Source: Ignicoccus pacificus DSM 13166
GTDB taxonomy: Archaea; Thermoproteota; Thermoprotei_A; Sulfolobales; Ignicoccaceae
Assembly: GCA_025340205.1 (NCBI GenBank)
Contig: CP006868.1
Span: forward strand, 180,001 to 212,000
Reading direction: 5' to 3'
DNA: 32,000 nucleotides
Shown: one piece after another, positions 1 to 9,332 of the stretch
How positions within the stretch are numbered: position 1 is the first letter of the stretch
Layout: each line of letters opens with the position of its first letter
Program-made: the position numbers and the translations under genes
The notes under the pieces: model-generated
What the model saw: the letters and a program-made list of their open reading frames with translations, nothing else
Databases searched by the model: none
Told to the model about the DNA's origin: nothing

Positions 1-35
1 TGCTGGATGTAATGCCATAAAGTCGCTGCCCGAGG

Positions 36-305
36 TCACCGCTTAAGCCTCCTTATCCTAGCCCTCATAACCTCCTTGTCAATCATCCACTTGAGCTCTT
101 CCTCGGTTACCTCCCAGCAATGCGGATCACATACGATCCTTCTAAGAGAAAACCAGAGCTTATCGAGGAACCTTGCCACCATTATCCTAAGCTTCTGGGT
201 GCTCTTGGCCCTCCTCTGAAGTAGCCTTACGTAGAGCCTCTTCAGACTCTTCTTGGCCACGAACCACAACGCGCCCTTCAGTAGCCCTTCTAGCAAGATG
301 CTCAC
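36..305 (-). CDS. hypothetical small basic protein (89 aa)
   Basis: Open frame with a GTG start. It is Arg/Lys-rich and its composition matches the neighbouring G+C-rich genes. It is divergent from the radical-SAM gene. I recognise no motif. Confidence 0.35.
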   Translation of the reverse strand: MSILLEGLLKGALWFVAKKSLKRLYVRLLQRRAKSTQKLRIMVARFLDKLWFSLRRIVCDPHCWEVTEEELKWMIDKEVMRARIRRLKR

Positions 306-395
306 CTAAGTTCACTCAAGTGATCGAAGTAAGATGTGGACACCGAACTCCTTTGACCGAGGGGTATTACATAAGACAAGACTTTAGACTAGGGG

Positions 396-2204
396 TTGGT
401 GCTAGAATTTCAGAGGGAACGGGTGAGTGCAGTGGCCACAGTATCCGAGCTGAGGATAAAGGAGCTACCGAGGAAACCTTCGACCTTCAAGGAGACCTAT
501 GTGGAGATAGCTGGAAGGAAGATCCCGATAGGAGGTCCCTTCCCGAAGCCCAAGGAGGGGGAAAGGGTCGTAAAGGTAACCAATAGCCTGTGTCCTCAGT
601 GCTATCGCTTGCTTCCCGCAATAGTGGTTGAGAGGGAAGGTAAGGTCTATATTAGAAGAATATGTCCGGAACACGGCGAGATAGAAGAGGTATACTACGG
701 AGACGCCGAGATTTACCATAGGTTCGAGAAGTGGGAAAGGGATGGAACAGGAACCTTGGCACATGTGGACTTGACGGCTCCGTGCCCGTTCTCGTGTGGC
801 CTATGTCCCCTTCACAAGTCCCACACCGCCTTAGTGAACCTAGTCGTGACTAACCGCTGTGACCTAACTTGCTGGTACTGCTTCTTCTATGCTGAGAAGG
901 CGGGATATGTCTACGAGCCCACTTTAGAGCAGATAAAGTTCATGATTGAGCAAGTGAAGAAGGAGAACGTACCGGTGGCTGTTCAGCTGACCGGCGGAGA
1001 GCCTACTATGAGGAAGGACTTGGTCGAAATAGTTAGACTCCTTAGAGAGATGGGGGTCAGACACATTCAGTTGAACACACACGGAATTAGGTTTGCTGAG
1101 CTCTACCTAGAAGACCCCCAAAAGGCGATCGAGTACACCAGAAGCCTGAGGTACATGCCAGATGGGAGAATCGGAGTAAACACCGTTTACCTATCCTTCG
1201 ACGGAGTAACTCCTCAGACCAATCCCAAGAACCACTGGGAGGTGCCTTACACTTTTGCGGCTTTTAGAAAAGGAGGAATGACCTCAGTAGTCTTAGTCCC
1301 CACGGTAATTAAAAACTGGAACCTCCATGAAGTAGGTGACATCGTCAGATTCGCCGCTTACAATATGGATATAGTGAGAGGAGTCAACTTCCAGCCAGTA
1401 TCCTTAACTGGACTCATGCCGAGGAGGGAAAGGAATCAAGCGAGGGTGACGATACCTGACTTGATAAAGGCGTTGGAGGAGCAGACCGATGGACAGATAA
1501 GGAAGGAGCATTGGTATCCTGTCCCCGTCACCGTGGCCTTCTCCAGATTCATGGAGGCCTTCAGTCCAGATACCCCTCACTTCGAGATGACCAATCATCC
1601 CATGTGCGGAGCGGCGACATATGTATACGTGGAGAGGAAGGGTAAGGACGTAAAGTTCATCCCCTTGCCGGAGTTCGTGGACGTCGAAGGACTGGCGGAG
1701 TACTTGGAGGAGAAAGCTAGGGAGTTAGAAGGAGGTGGAAAGTTCACCAAGGCTAAGGTCGGAATGAAGGTGTTATATAACTTGAGGAAGTTCATAGATC
1801 AAGAAAAGGCGCCGGAGGGCTTCGACTTCTGGAAGATACTCTACAACGTCCTACTCAAGAGGAACTACTCCGCGCTAGCGGAACTCCACTATAAGCTCCT
1901 CTACCTAGGATCGATGCACTTCATGGATCTCTACAATTACGATGTACAGAGAGTGATGAGGTGCAACATCCATTACACCAGTCCAGACGGAAGAGTCATA
2001 CCGTTCTGTACCTACAACGTGCTCAATGACATTTATAGAGACTACTTGATAAAGAAGTACTCGATGAGTCTAGAGGAGGCTAAGAAGAGGATAGGAGAAG
2101 ACGCCTTGAGGAAGTACGTGAGGGATATCAAGAGGCTAACGGCTGGGAAGGAGTATCAGGAGACCTACAAGTTCTTTATGGATAAAATCAAGAAATCCCA
2201 TTAA
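396..2204 (+). CDS. radical SAM enzyme, architecture reminiscent of archaeal tetraether lipid synthase (Tes / GDGT-MAS)
   Basis: Canonical CX3CX2C radical-SAM motif 'NRCDLTCWYC'. A second cluster motif 'CPFSCGLCPLH' lies just upstream. An N-terminal CPQC...CPEH zinc-ribbon/rubredoxin-like element is present. About 600 aa. The TTG at 396 is only the first possible start. Radical-SAM membership is confident; the Tes assignment is from memory of the family architecture. Confidence 0.85.
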   Translation: MVLEFQRERVSAVATVSELRIKELPRKPSTFKETYVEIAGRKIPIGGPFPKPKEGERVVKVTNSLCPQCYRLLPAIVVEREGKVYIRRICPEHGEIEEVYYGDAEIYHRFEKWERDGTGTLAHVDLTAPCPFSCGLCPLHKSHTALVNLVVTNRCDLTCWYCFFYAEKAGYVYEPTLEQIKFMIEQVKKENVPVAVQLTGGEPTMRKDLVEIVRLLREMGVRHIQLNTHGIRFAELYLEDPQKAIEYTRSLRYMPDGRIGVNTVYLSFDGVTPQTNPKNHWEVPYTFAAFRKGGMTSVVLVPTVIKNWNLHEVGDIVRFAAYNMDIVRGVNFQPVSLTGLMPRRERNQARVTIPDLIKALEEQTDGQIRKEHWYPVPVTVAFSRFMEAFSPDTPHFEMTNHPMCGAATYVYVERKGKDVKFIPLPEFVDVEGLAEYLEEKARELEGGGKFTKAKVGMKVLYNLRKFIDQEKAPEGFDFWKILYNVLLKRNYSALAELHYKLLYLGSMHFMDLYNYDVQRVMRCNIHYTSPDGRVIPFCTYNVLNDIYRDYLIKKYSMSLEEAKKRIGEDALRKYVRDIKRLTAGKEYQETYKFFMDKIKKSH

Positions 2205-2287
2205 ATTTTATACTCGATGAAGAGTACTCCCGGTACTGATTAGGTGAAGAGAAGGCATTTGTCAGAGAGAAAAAATATTTTAAGAAA

Positions 2288-2446
2288 TTATATCTTGATG
2301 TTGGAAATTATATTCTGTATAGAAGATATCGCGTTCTGGAAGAGCTCGGGCTTGTAATAGTACAAGCCGCCGATCACTAATCCGAGAAGTAGTAGGAGGC
2401 CACCTACAATCATCAAGGTGGTGGTATCTATCAATCCCTTCTTCAC
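2288..2446 (-). CDS. possible small single-pass membrane protein (52 aa)
   Basis: Hand-translated and below the ORF-track cutoff. GTG start, sequence 'MKKGLIDTTTLMIVGGLLLLLGLVIGGLYYYKPELFQNAISSIQNIISNIKI', with one clear hydrophobic helix. It sits in an otherwise empty 385-bp gap. Confidence 0.3.
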   Translation of the reverse strand: MKKGLIDTTTLMIVGGLLLLLGLVIGGLYYYKPELFQNAISSIQNIISNIKI

Positions 2447-2589
2447 GCTCTCACCGTTAAGCGATAGATCAGAAGGGTATTAAAGAGGAGAGTAATGATG
2501 ATGTAACTAGTTACAATCACCATACTGGTTACCTCCGAGTAATCCCTAAGCGTTATTTCCCACAACTCCATCCCTATGGGGGGTTCGTA

Positions 2590-3546
2590 ATGAAGCGTGA
2601 GGACTTGCTTAAGGAGCCGGTAGAAGACGTAAAGGTTGATCCAAAGGATAGCCTAGAGGATTTCGTGGAAAAGTTAGGGAAGATCTACGGCTTTACTGCT
2701 GGTCATCTCTACAGGGCAGTGGAGGTACTCAGCGAAGGTCTGAAGGAGGCTGATTTAAGATTCTTGTCGTTCACTGCCAATTTGGTATCGACAGGTTTAA
2801 GGGGCGTGATTTCCCAGCTCATAGATAAGGGTTTAGTTGACGTTGTAATAACTACATGTGGTACTCTAGATCACGACATAGCTAGGGCCTTAGGCTACAA
2901 GTACTACAAGGGCTACTTTGAGGCAGACGATACTATGCTTGCAGAGCTCGAGATACATAGGCTAGGGAACATATTCATTCCTATGGAGAACTACGGTCCA
3001 CCCGTTGAGAAGTTTGTGATTAACTTACTTGAAGAGCTTAATGTGGATAGAATAGCACCTTGGGAGCTGATCAGAGAAGCGGGGAAGAGGCTCAACGATC
3101 CAAATTCTATACTAAGGAAAGCATATGAGAGGAACGTACCAATAATAGTTCCCGGCATCACCGACGGGGCCTTCGGGACGGCCATCTTCACCTACTCCCA
3201 GAAGGCTAGGCTACAAGGGAAGGACTTCGTGCTCGACATACTTCAAGATGAAAAGCTGCTTTCTGATAAGGTCTTCCAAAGCGAAAAGTCGGCAGCGTTA
3301 ATCATAGGAGGAGGGATAAGCAAGCACCACACCATATGGTGGAATCAGTTCAAAGACGGTCTGGACTATGCAGTTTACCTAACTACGGCCTTTGAGTACG
3401 ATGGAAGTTTGAGCGGCGCCCAGCCTAGGGAGGCGATAAGTTGGGGTAAGATAAAGCCTAAGGGAAAGAGTGTTGTCGTTTACGGCGATGCTACCGTTCT
3501 CTTGCCGATTCTGCTAGCCGGCGTCTATAGTAGATTAGGGCTCTAG
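2590..3546 (+). CDS. dys: deoxyhypusine synthase
   Basis: 318 aa with the characteristic 'GGGISKHH' NAD/spermidine-site motif, 'FTANLVSTGLRG' and 'TTCGTLDHD'. Length and motif order are typical of archaeal DHS. Confidence 0.9.
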   Translation: MKREDLLKEPVEDVKVDPKDSLEDFVEKLGKIYGFTAGHLYRAVEVLSEGLKEADLRFLSFTANLVSTGLRGVISQLIDKGLVDVVITTCGTLDHDIARALGYKYYKGYFEADDTMLAELEIHRLGNIFIPMENYGPPVEKFVINLLEELNVDRIAPWELIREAGKRLNDPNSILRKAYERNVPIIVPGITDGAFGTAIFTYSQKARLQGKDFVLDILQDEKLLSDKVFQSEKSAALIIGGGISKHHTIWWNQFKDGLDYAVYLTTAFEYDGSLSGAQPREAISWGKIKPKGKSVVVYGDATVLLPILLAGVYSRLGL

Positions 3547-3568
3547 AGGACGGGAAGAGGGTAGGAGT

Positions 3569-3862
3569 ATGACCGCCAGACCTCGCTTCGCTCCCTCAAG
3601 GATGGGCTTATGTCCGCTAGTGATAGCAATGGAAGAAATAGATCACGAAGAACAAAGAAGGTTTGTGAAACTCTATGATGTTGAGACAGGAAAGATGTAT
3701 GACATAGAGTTGCCCTATAACCAATATCTCCTTAGCGAGTTGAAGGGTATGTTCGAGTGCTGGGAGAGGGTATTCGAAGAACTCAAGGTTAAGTGGGAAT
3801 GTGAAAGGAAGAGCGAATGTCCGCTAATGAAGAAGCTCAACGCCTCTTCAAGAACCTCTTGA
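3569..3862 (+). CDS. hypothetical protein (97 aa or shorter from an internal Met)
   Basis: Open frame only. Cys-containing ('ECWERV...WECERKSECP') and acidic. The 3' end overlaps the convergent rnp1 gene by 26 nt. No motif recognised. Confidence 0.3.
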   Translation: MTARPRFAPSRMGLCPLVIAMEEIDHEEQRRFVKLYDVETGKMYDIELPYNQYLLSELKGMFECWERVFEELKVKWECERKSECPLMKKLNASSRTS

Positions 3863-4118
3863 GCCTCTCCTCAGGTCTTCCTTGAATCCTCCATCCCTCT
3901 AAGACGACCTCCTCTCCATTAGGAAGTAGAAATTTGAAATAGCCTTGCTTAAGGACAATTCTTTCTTTTTTGTCATCACCTTCTATCTTTAGTGTATGTC
4001 TAGTTTCCCCCACGATCCTTCCTTTTAGGCCCTTCAAGCTCTCTGTCGGATGTTCGATGATTTCGACGCGCAGACCTATCAGATCATGATACGGTAAGTT
4101 TTGTGGAGTTCTTTTCAT
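3837..4118 (-). CDS. rnp1: RNase P protein component 1 (Rpp29/Pop4 homologue)
   Basis: 'DLIGLRVEIIEH...LKGRIVGETRHTLKI...F..LLPNGEEVVLEG..IQGRPEERLK' matches the conserved archaeal Rpp29 pattern. Its position downstream of L29 is the usual one in archaeal r-protein operons. Confidence 0.88.
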   Translation of the reverse strand: MKRTPQNLPYHDLIGLRVEIIEHPTESLKGLKGRIVGETRHTLKIEGDDKKERIVLKQGYFKFLLPNGEEVVLEGWRIQGRPEERLKRFLKRR

Positions 4119-4143
4119 GATATCACCATTAAAAGGTCTTAGC

Positions 4144-4731
4144 TCACTTCTCCTTCTCCACCTTTATCCCAGTCAAATGCATTAACAATAAGTTCATCAT
4201 GCTCTTTATCTCCCTTACATCTTCGCTCAACAAGTCAACCTTGTGATCCAATCTAGCGACAGCTACCTTTAGCTCTTCAACATCTTTCTCAAGCTCATAA
4301 ACTCTATGCTCCAAGGAGTCGAGCCTCTTGTTGGTATCGTCTATACGCTTGCTCAAAAGCTCAAACTTCTTATTGAAGTCCTCTCTTAGATCGTCAATTC
4401 TTTTGTTCAGTTCATCCCTAACTAGCTCTATCTTCTTGTCCAGCCTTTCCTCCGTCGCTTTGATATCATCCCTAAGCCTCTTCTCACAGCTATCTATCTT
4501 CTTGTCCAGTCTTCCTTCAGTTTCCTTTATCATTTCCCTATTCAGCTGAATCTGCTTGGCTAGTTCATCGTACCTAAGCCTCACTTCATTTAGAACCATA
4601 AAGAGCAATAGGAAGTTCGCTTCTTCGCTAGTCAAAGGCTTTCCGCTTTGGATCTTGTTTATCAGCTCTCCAAACTTCTCTTTTGCAAAATCATAGGCTA
4701 TCTCTAAGGTCTTGTCGACCAGGAAGGCCAA
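4144..4731 (-). CDS. coiled-coil protein with about 22-residue repeats, unknown function
   Basis: 195 aa and charged, with heptad-like periodicity. 'RLDKKI(D/E)' recurs 22 aa apart. At DNA level the exact 16-mer 'ctatcttcttgtccag' occurs at 4428-4443 and 4494-4509, a 66-nt offset. The C-terminus is hydrophobic ('MMNLLLMHLTGI'). The TTG start is uncertain. Confidence 0.6.
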   Translation of the reverse strand: MAFLVDKTLEIAYDFAKEKFGELINKIQSGKPLTSEEANFLLLFMVLNEVRLRYDELAKQIQLNREMIKETEGRLDKKIDSCEKRLRDDIKATEERLDKKIELVRDELNKRIDDLREDFNKKFELLSKRIDDTNKRLDSLEHRVYELEKDVEELKVAVARLDHKVDLLSEDVREIKSMMNLLLMHLTGIKVEKEK

Positions 4732-4814
4732 AGTTGAGCCCCGTCCTTAGTGCTTTGAGGTAGTATTTGTGTGAAGAGAGTTAGGTGAAAGTGGAGGAAA
4801 TGTTAACAAAGAGC

Positions 4815-5033
4815 TTACTCGCTCTTAGGCTTTCTAGCTATCCCTAACTCTTCCTCTCTATTAATGGTCAAGATTCTGGCTATAGTCCTCTTGATTACCC
4901 TTATTCTTCCGGGGTTGTCTATGTGACCCATCTTCGCTTGGTACCTGAGCTTGATCAGCTCTTGCCTTAGCTCCTTGAGCTTCTGCATCCTCTCCTCTCT
5001 GCTCATCTTCCTTATGTCGTCAGGCTTGAGCAT
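4815..5033 (-). CDS. rpl29: 50S ribosomal protein L29 (uL29)
   Basis: 'DIRKMSREERMQKLKELRQELIKLRYQ...' is typical uL29. The ATG at 5033-5031 overlaps the S3 stop (TGATG). The ORF track extends one codon further to a GTG at 5036. Confidence 0.9.
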   Translation of the reverse strand: MLKPDDIRKMSREERMQKLKELRQELIKLRYQAKMGHIDNPGRIRVIKRTIARILTINREEELGIARKPKSE

Positions 5034-5782
5034 CACTGCTCACCTCCACTGCTCTCTTGGGTCTGTTCTTGAGTCTGCTCTTCCTTTACCTCAGCCACCT
5101 CCTCGACCGTTCCCTGAGCCGCCCTCTCGGCCTCTAGCTCCTCTCTGATCTTCTTCACTACTTCAGCCACCTCCTCAGGCTCCTTGATCCTTACGTGGTC
5201 GTCGGTAGGGGCGTCCTTAGCTATGATCACCTCCACTCCCTCTACTCCGGGTTTCAGGAGGACGTGGGCTATAGCCCTCTCAGTTAACCTGACCACTTGA
5301 TTACCGCTCTTGTAGACCTTTCCAGCTATGTACTTCTCGAACCTAGCTCTCTCTCCCCTGAGCTTTCCGGCGATCCTCACTTGTGCTCCCTTAGCTCCGG
5401 CTCCCATGATTCTCCTCAAGGCGTTGTAAGCGGCCCTCCTGAAGTGATAACCCCTCTGGAGGGCTACGGCTAGCCTGAACGCCATTACTCTAGCGTTGAG
5501 CTCAGGGTTCTCAACCCTTACCACGGTAACTTGGGGATTGGGTATTCCGAACCACTCTTCGAGCACTCTGGTGATCTGCCTTATGGTCTGACCCCTCCTG
5601 CCGATTATGACTCCGGACCTCTCAGCATAGATGACAACTCTAGTTCCTAGAGGAGTCCTCTGGAGCTCGACTCCAGCGTATCCCACACTGTGGAACTTGC
5701 TGGCCAAGTACTCGTCTACCTTAGCTTCCATTAATGCTTGGTTCAAGAAGTACTTCTTAACGTTTCTCTTAGCCGCGCTCAC
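5033..5782 (-). CDS. rps3: 30S ribosomal protein S3 (uS3)
   Basis: KH-domain region 'GVIIGRRGQTIRQIT', then 'RRIMGAGAKGAQVRIAGKL'. GTG start and an acidic Q/E/T-rich C-terminal tail. Operon context L22-S3-L29. Confidence 0.95.
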   Translation of the reverse strand: MSAAKRNVKKYFLNQALMEAKVDEYLASKFHSVGYAGVELQRTPLGTRVVIYAERSGVIIGRRGQTIRQITRVLEEWFGIPNPQVTVVRVENPELNARVMAFRLAVALQRGYHFRRAAYNALRRIMGAGAKGAQVRIAGKLRGERARFEKYIAGKVYKSGNQVVRLTERAIAHVLLKPGVEGVEVIIAKDAPTDDHVRIKEPEEVAEVVKKIREELEAERAAQGTVEEVAEVKEEQTQEQTQESSGGEQ

Positions 5783-5783
5783 G

Positions 5784-6263
5784 TTACTCCACCTCCTTAA
5801 CTATTACCTCTAGGTGGGTCCTCCTCTCGAACTCGGGAGTGGCCCTACCGAAGGCCCTGGGCATCCACCTTTTAATTGTCATTCCCTTATGAGAAGCTAT
5901 GTGAACTATCTTCAGCTTCTCCTCGTTCAAGCCCTTGAACTCTGCGTTGTTCTTGACACTCTTAAGTAGCTTCAGGTAGTACTTAGCCACCTTAACTGGA
6001 TACCTTCCGCTGGCTATCTTGGCCTTCGCTCCGAGGCCTCTCTTGTGAGCCACCTTTTTGTTATACCACCTCAGAGGGACTGGCTCCTCCATCTTGATTA
6101 CTCTCTCCAAGTACTTGATGGCTTCATCTAGCATCTTACCTCTAAGCTCTCTAGCTACCTCAGCGGCCTCCTTGGGAGAGATGGGGGCGTCCCATATCAT
6201 TGCCTTAGCGGTCTTGTCAGGGTATTGCTCAGCGATCTTGGAACTATAATGCCAAGTGGGCAT
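5784..6263 (-). CDS. rpl22: 50S ribosomal protein L22 (uL22)
   Basis: 'AKAMIWDAPISPKEAAEVARELRGK...' and 'HIASHKGMTIKRWMPRAFGRA...RRTHLEVIV' are typical of archaeal uL22. It lies between S19 and S3. Confidence 0.9.
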   Translation of the reverse strand: MPTWHYSSKIAEQYPDKTAKAMIWDAPISPKEAAEVARELRGKMLDEAIKYLERVIKMEEPVPLRWYNKKVAHKRGLGAKAKIASGRYPVKVAKYYLKLLKSVKNNAEFKGLNEEKLKIVHIASHKGMTIKRWMPRAFGRATPEFERRTHLEVIVKEVE

Positions 6264-6275
6264 AGTACCACCTCA

Positions 6276-6695
6276 TTACTTAGCTGCCACGAAGAGGCTG
6301 CTCCTAGTGGCCTTGAGACCGGGAGCTCCGTGCTGGACTATCTTGGTGCTGTGGCTGAACTCTCCTAAGTAGTGGCCTATCATTTCCGGAACTATCCTCA
6401 CCGGGACGAACTCCTTACCGTTGTAGACCTCAATGGTGAGACCTACCATTATCGGAAGTATGACCATATCCCTAACGTGCGTCCTAACCTTAACCCTCTT
6501 GCCCTTCTCCATCTCCTTCCTAGCCTTCATTATCTTCTCTAGGAGCCTCCTCTGAGCGTCGCTAAAGCCCCTCTTGAGGCTCCTCCTTTGCCTAGCTGGG
6601 AGAAGCTCTATGAACTCGTCCATGGGCATCTCCAGTAGCTCCTCCAAGGTCTTTCCTCTGTAGCGGAACTTCTTCCACTCGGGCGGGAACTCCAT
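6276..6695 (-). CDS. rps19: 30S ribosomal protein S19 (uS19)
   Basis: '[46 protein letters not shown]' is the uS19 signature. It is the first gene of the local operon. Confidence 0.95.
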   Translation of the reverse strand: MEFPPEWKKFRYRGKTLEELLEMPMDEFIELLPARQRRSLKRGFSDAQRRLLEKIMKARKEMEKGKRVKVRTHVRDMVILPIMVGLTIEVYNGKEFVPVRIVPEMIGHYLGEFSHSTKIVQHGAPGLKATRSSLFVAAK

Positions 6696-6822
6696 TTCGA
6701 CACCCCGTTGGCGTGCCAGGAGGTTCTAATAAAGCGTTCGAGGAGCGGTACGACCGAAGGGCGTCTAAGCAACAAATACAGATATATGCTCACATAGACC
6801 TCTCGGTGCGGGTAGCGATCCC
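6696..6822. promoter_or_regulatory. divergent promoter region between the S19 operon and the oxidoreductase operon
   Basis: 127-bp gap. 'ctaataaag' at about 6726-6734 reads as the T/A-rich 'ctttattag' on the minus strand, about 35 nt upstream of the S19 ATG. 'acagatatatgc' at about 6776-6788 lies about 35-45 nt upstream of the TTG at 6823. Both calls are by eye against archaeal TATA expectations. Confidence 0.35.
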
Positions 6823-7950
6823 TTGAAGCCCGGAAAGTACTTCGAGAGCGGAGCTTGGGCGGCGGCCATGGGCGCCTTGGCCTCAGGCGCCACCTTCTTC
6901 TCCTACTATCCAATAGAGCCCGCCACCGACATAGCCGAGGAAATGGTTAGGTACGGACCTAAGAACGGCCTCCTGGTGTTCGAGGCGGAGGACGAGATTT
7001 CCGCCCTCGGAGCTGCCATAGGAGCCTCATGGGCGGGCGCCAAGGCCTTCACCTCCACCAGCGGACCCGGATTTTCGCTAATGCAAGAACACGTCTCTTA
7101 CGCTGCTATGACCGAGACCCCGGTAGTTTTAATAAATGGAATGAGAGAGGGTCCCTCTACCGGCCAAGCCACGAAGGCAGCTCAGCAAGACGTCATGCAG
7201 ACCAAGTGGGGAGGTCACGGAGATTACGAGGTGATAGTTTACGCTCCCTACAACACTCAAGAGATGTTCGATCTTACGGTGAAGGCCTTCAATCAAGCTG
7301 AGAGATGGAGAGTCCCAGCCATGGTAATGGCTGACAAGATGACTATATTGCTAATGGAGGAAGTAGTCATCCCCGAGAAGGTTGAGGTAGTTAACAGAAA
7401 GAGGCCAAAGGTCCCTCCGGAGCAGTTCGAACCCTTCAAGCCCGAGGAGGATTTGGTCCCCCCAATGCCTAGGTTCGGAGATGGCTATAGGGTACACGTG
7501 ACCGGAGTTACTCATAATGAGAAGGGAGTTCCTGTGAGCGACGATCCTTGGGTACATCACAAGCTAGTAAAGAGACTGTGTGATAAGATAAGGAAGAACA
7601 GGGACAAGATAGTGGAGTATGAGGTCTTCGGGGACGAGGATCCTGAGGTACTAATCTTCGCTTACGGGTTCCCAGCTAGGAGCGCTAAGGAAGCAATCAA
7701 GCTGGCTAGGAGTAAAGGTATGAAGGCAGCGTTGTTCAGACCGAAGACTCTCTGGCCCTTCCCGGATAAGGAATTGAAGGAAATAGCCACCAAGGCAAAG
7801 AAGGTGATTGTGGTCGAGTGGAACTACGGTCAGATGCTCAACGAGGTACTCAAGGTAGTTCCCGAGGAGAAGGTTTCCTTCGTTTACAGGATAGGTGAGA
7901 TCCCGATACCCCCCGAATCCATATTAGAGGAAGGAGGTGTTAGGATATGA
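6823..7950 (+). CDS. 2-oxoacid:ferredoxin oxidoreductase, alpha subunit
   Basis: The N-terminal 'SGAWAAAMGALASGATFFSYYPIEPATDIAEEM' resembles the OFOR alpha 'GNEA.A.GA..AG....YPITPSTEI' pattern. It forms a 4-gene operon with the beta, gamma and delta subunits. Substrate (pyruvate, 2-oxoglutarate or other) is not decidable by eye. Confidence 0.85.
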   Translation: MKPGKYFESGAWAAAMGALASGATFFSYYPIEPATDIAEEMVRYGPKNGLLVFEAEDEISALGAAIGASWAGAKAFTSTSGPGFSLMQEHVSYAAMTETPVVLINGMREGPSTGQATKAAQQDVMQTKWGGHGDYEVIVYAPYNTQEMFDLTVKAFNQAERWRVPAMVMADKMTILLMEEVVIPEKVEVVNRKRPKVPPEQFEPFKPEEDLVPPMPRFGDGYRVHVTGVTHNEKGVPVSDDPWVHHKLVKRLCDKIRKNRDKIVEYEVFGDEDPEVLIFAYGFPARSAKEAIKLARSKGMKAALFRPKTLWPFPDKELKEIATKAKKVIVVEWNYGQMLNEVLKVVPEEKVSFVYRIGEIPIPPESILEEGGVRI

Positions 7951-8807
7951 GCTTGGAGGAGTCCAGGAAGAAGCTCACTCAGATGCCCGAGATGAGCTTG
8001 GCTAGAGCAGAGGCGCTACCTCACAGCCTCTGTCCCGGATGTGGAATAGGCACTATACTCAACACATTCCTAAGGGCGATGCACGAGCTCGAGGAGGAGG
8101 GGAAGCTGGACTCAAGCAAGCTGGTGGTGATCTCCGGAATAGGATGTTCCGGAAGGATAAGCGGATTCGTGAAGACGGACTCGATGCATACCACCCACGG
8201 AAGGCCGGTAGCTTTCGCCACCGGAGTGAAGCTAGCTAGGCCGGAGCTCAACGTCTGGGCGTTCGGAGGAGACGCTGACCTCTTCCAGATAGGTCTAAAT
8301 CACACGCTACAAGCAGCGAGGAGAAATATCGACATAAAGGTAGTTATGGTAAACAACTTCAACATTGCAATGACCGGAGGAGTACCTACCGTAACCACTC
8401 CCCCTAAGGCCATAACCAAGTACACTCCCAGAGGCTGGTTCGAGAGGTCCTTCAACATACCTAAGCTCATGGCTTCGGCCGGAGCTACCTACGTGGCTAG
8501 GTGGACCACAGCTCACGTCTTCCAGCTCAAGCAGACGTTCAAGAAGATGGCTCTTAGAAAGGGCTTCAGCTTCCTAGAGGTGGTCTCCCAGTGTCCGGTG
8601 CTCTTCGGAAGGTACAACAAGTTCAGAGATCCTTGGAGCATGGTAGACTACTTTATGAAGATGAGCAGAGTAGTCAAAGGCCCTCAGTACTTAGAGGAAG
8701 CAGCGATAGAGTTCGGTAAACCCATTTTGGTAGGTGAGTTCGTTGAGACTGAGGCTCCCGAGTACACCGAGACCATATACGAGGCAGAGGGGGTGGTGAG
8801 GAAATGA
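7947..8807 (+). CDS. 2-oxoacid:ferredoxin oxidoreductase, beta (TPP-binding) subunit
   Basis: 'CPGCG', 'GIGCSGR' and the TPP 'GGDADLF...N' motif are present. The ATGA start/stop overlap with alpha suggests translational coupling. Confidence 0.88.
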   Translation: MSLEESRKKLTQMPEMSLARAEALPHSLCPGCGIGTILNTFLRAMHELEEEGKLDSSKLVVISGIGCSGRISGFVKTDSMHTTHGRPVAFATGVKLARPELNVWAFGGDADLFQIGLNHTLQAARRNIDIKVVMVNNFNIAMTGGVPTVTTPPKAITKYTPRGWFERSFNIPKLMASAGATYVARWTTAHVFQLKQTFKKMALRKGFSFLEVVSQCPVLFGRYNKFRDPWSMVDYFMKMSRVVKGPQYLEEAAIEFGKPILVGEFVETEAPEYTETIYEAEGVVRK

Positions 8808-9331
8808 AGGTAGACGTTAGGATAACCGGAATAGGCGGTCAAGGAATACTAACCATGGCAAAGATATTGGGATCCGCCTTGGTAAGAGAGGGTAAGTACG
8901 CCACTCTGATACAGAACTTCGACACCTTCATATCCGGAGGAGAGAGCACTGCTGACATGAGGGTGAGCGACCAGCCCATAGAGTACCCAGTGTTCGAGAA
9001 GGCGGATATAACGGTATTCATGGCTAAGAAGACCTATCCAAGGTACATCAATAAGGTGAAGGAGGGAGGAATTGTGGTAATAAACTCAGACGTTATAGAC
9101 GAGGAACCTAAGGGCAACTTCACGGTCATAAAGGTTCCGGCCTCTAGCATAGCTAGGAAGTTAGGAAACGTAAGGGCATCTAACATGGTGATGCTTGGAG
9201 CGTTGGTAGCCAAGCTGTCCCTAGCGAATCCGGAGGTAATAAAGGAATTGATAAGAGAGAAGTTTAAAGACAAGGCAGATCTAAACATCAAGGCTTTCGA
9301 AGAGGGAATGAAGATAGGGAGGGGGATATGA
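8804..9331 (+). CDS. 2-oxoacid:ferredoxin oxidoreductase, gamma subunit
   Basis: 'ITGIGGQGILT' is typical of the gamma subunit N-terminus. 175 aa. There is a 4-nt overlap with beta. Confidence 0.85.
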   Translation: MKVDVRITGIGGQGILTMAKILGSALVREGKYATLIQNFDTFISGGESTADMRVSDQPIEYPVFEKADITVFMAKKTYPRYINKVKEGGIVVINSDVIDEEPKGNFTVIKVPASSIARKLGNVRASNMVMLGALVAKLSLANPEVIKELIREKFKDKADLNIKAFEEGMKIGRGI

Positions 9332-9332
9332 G

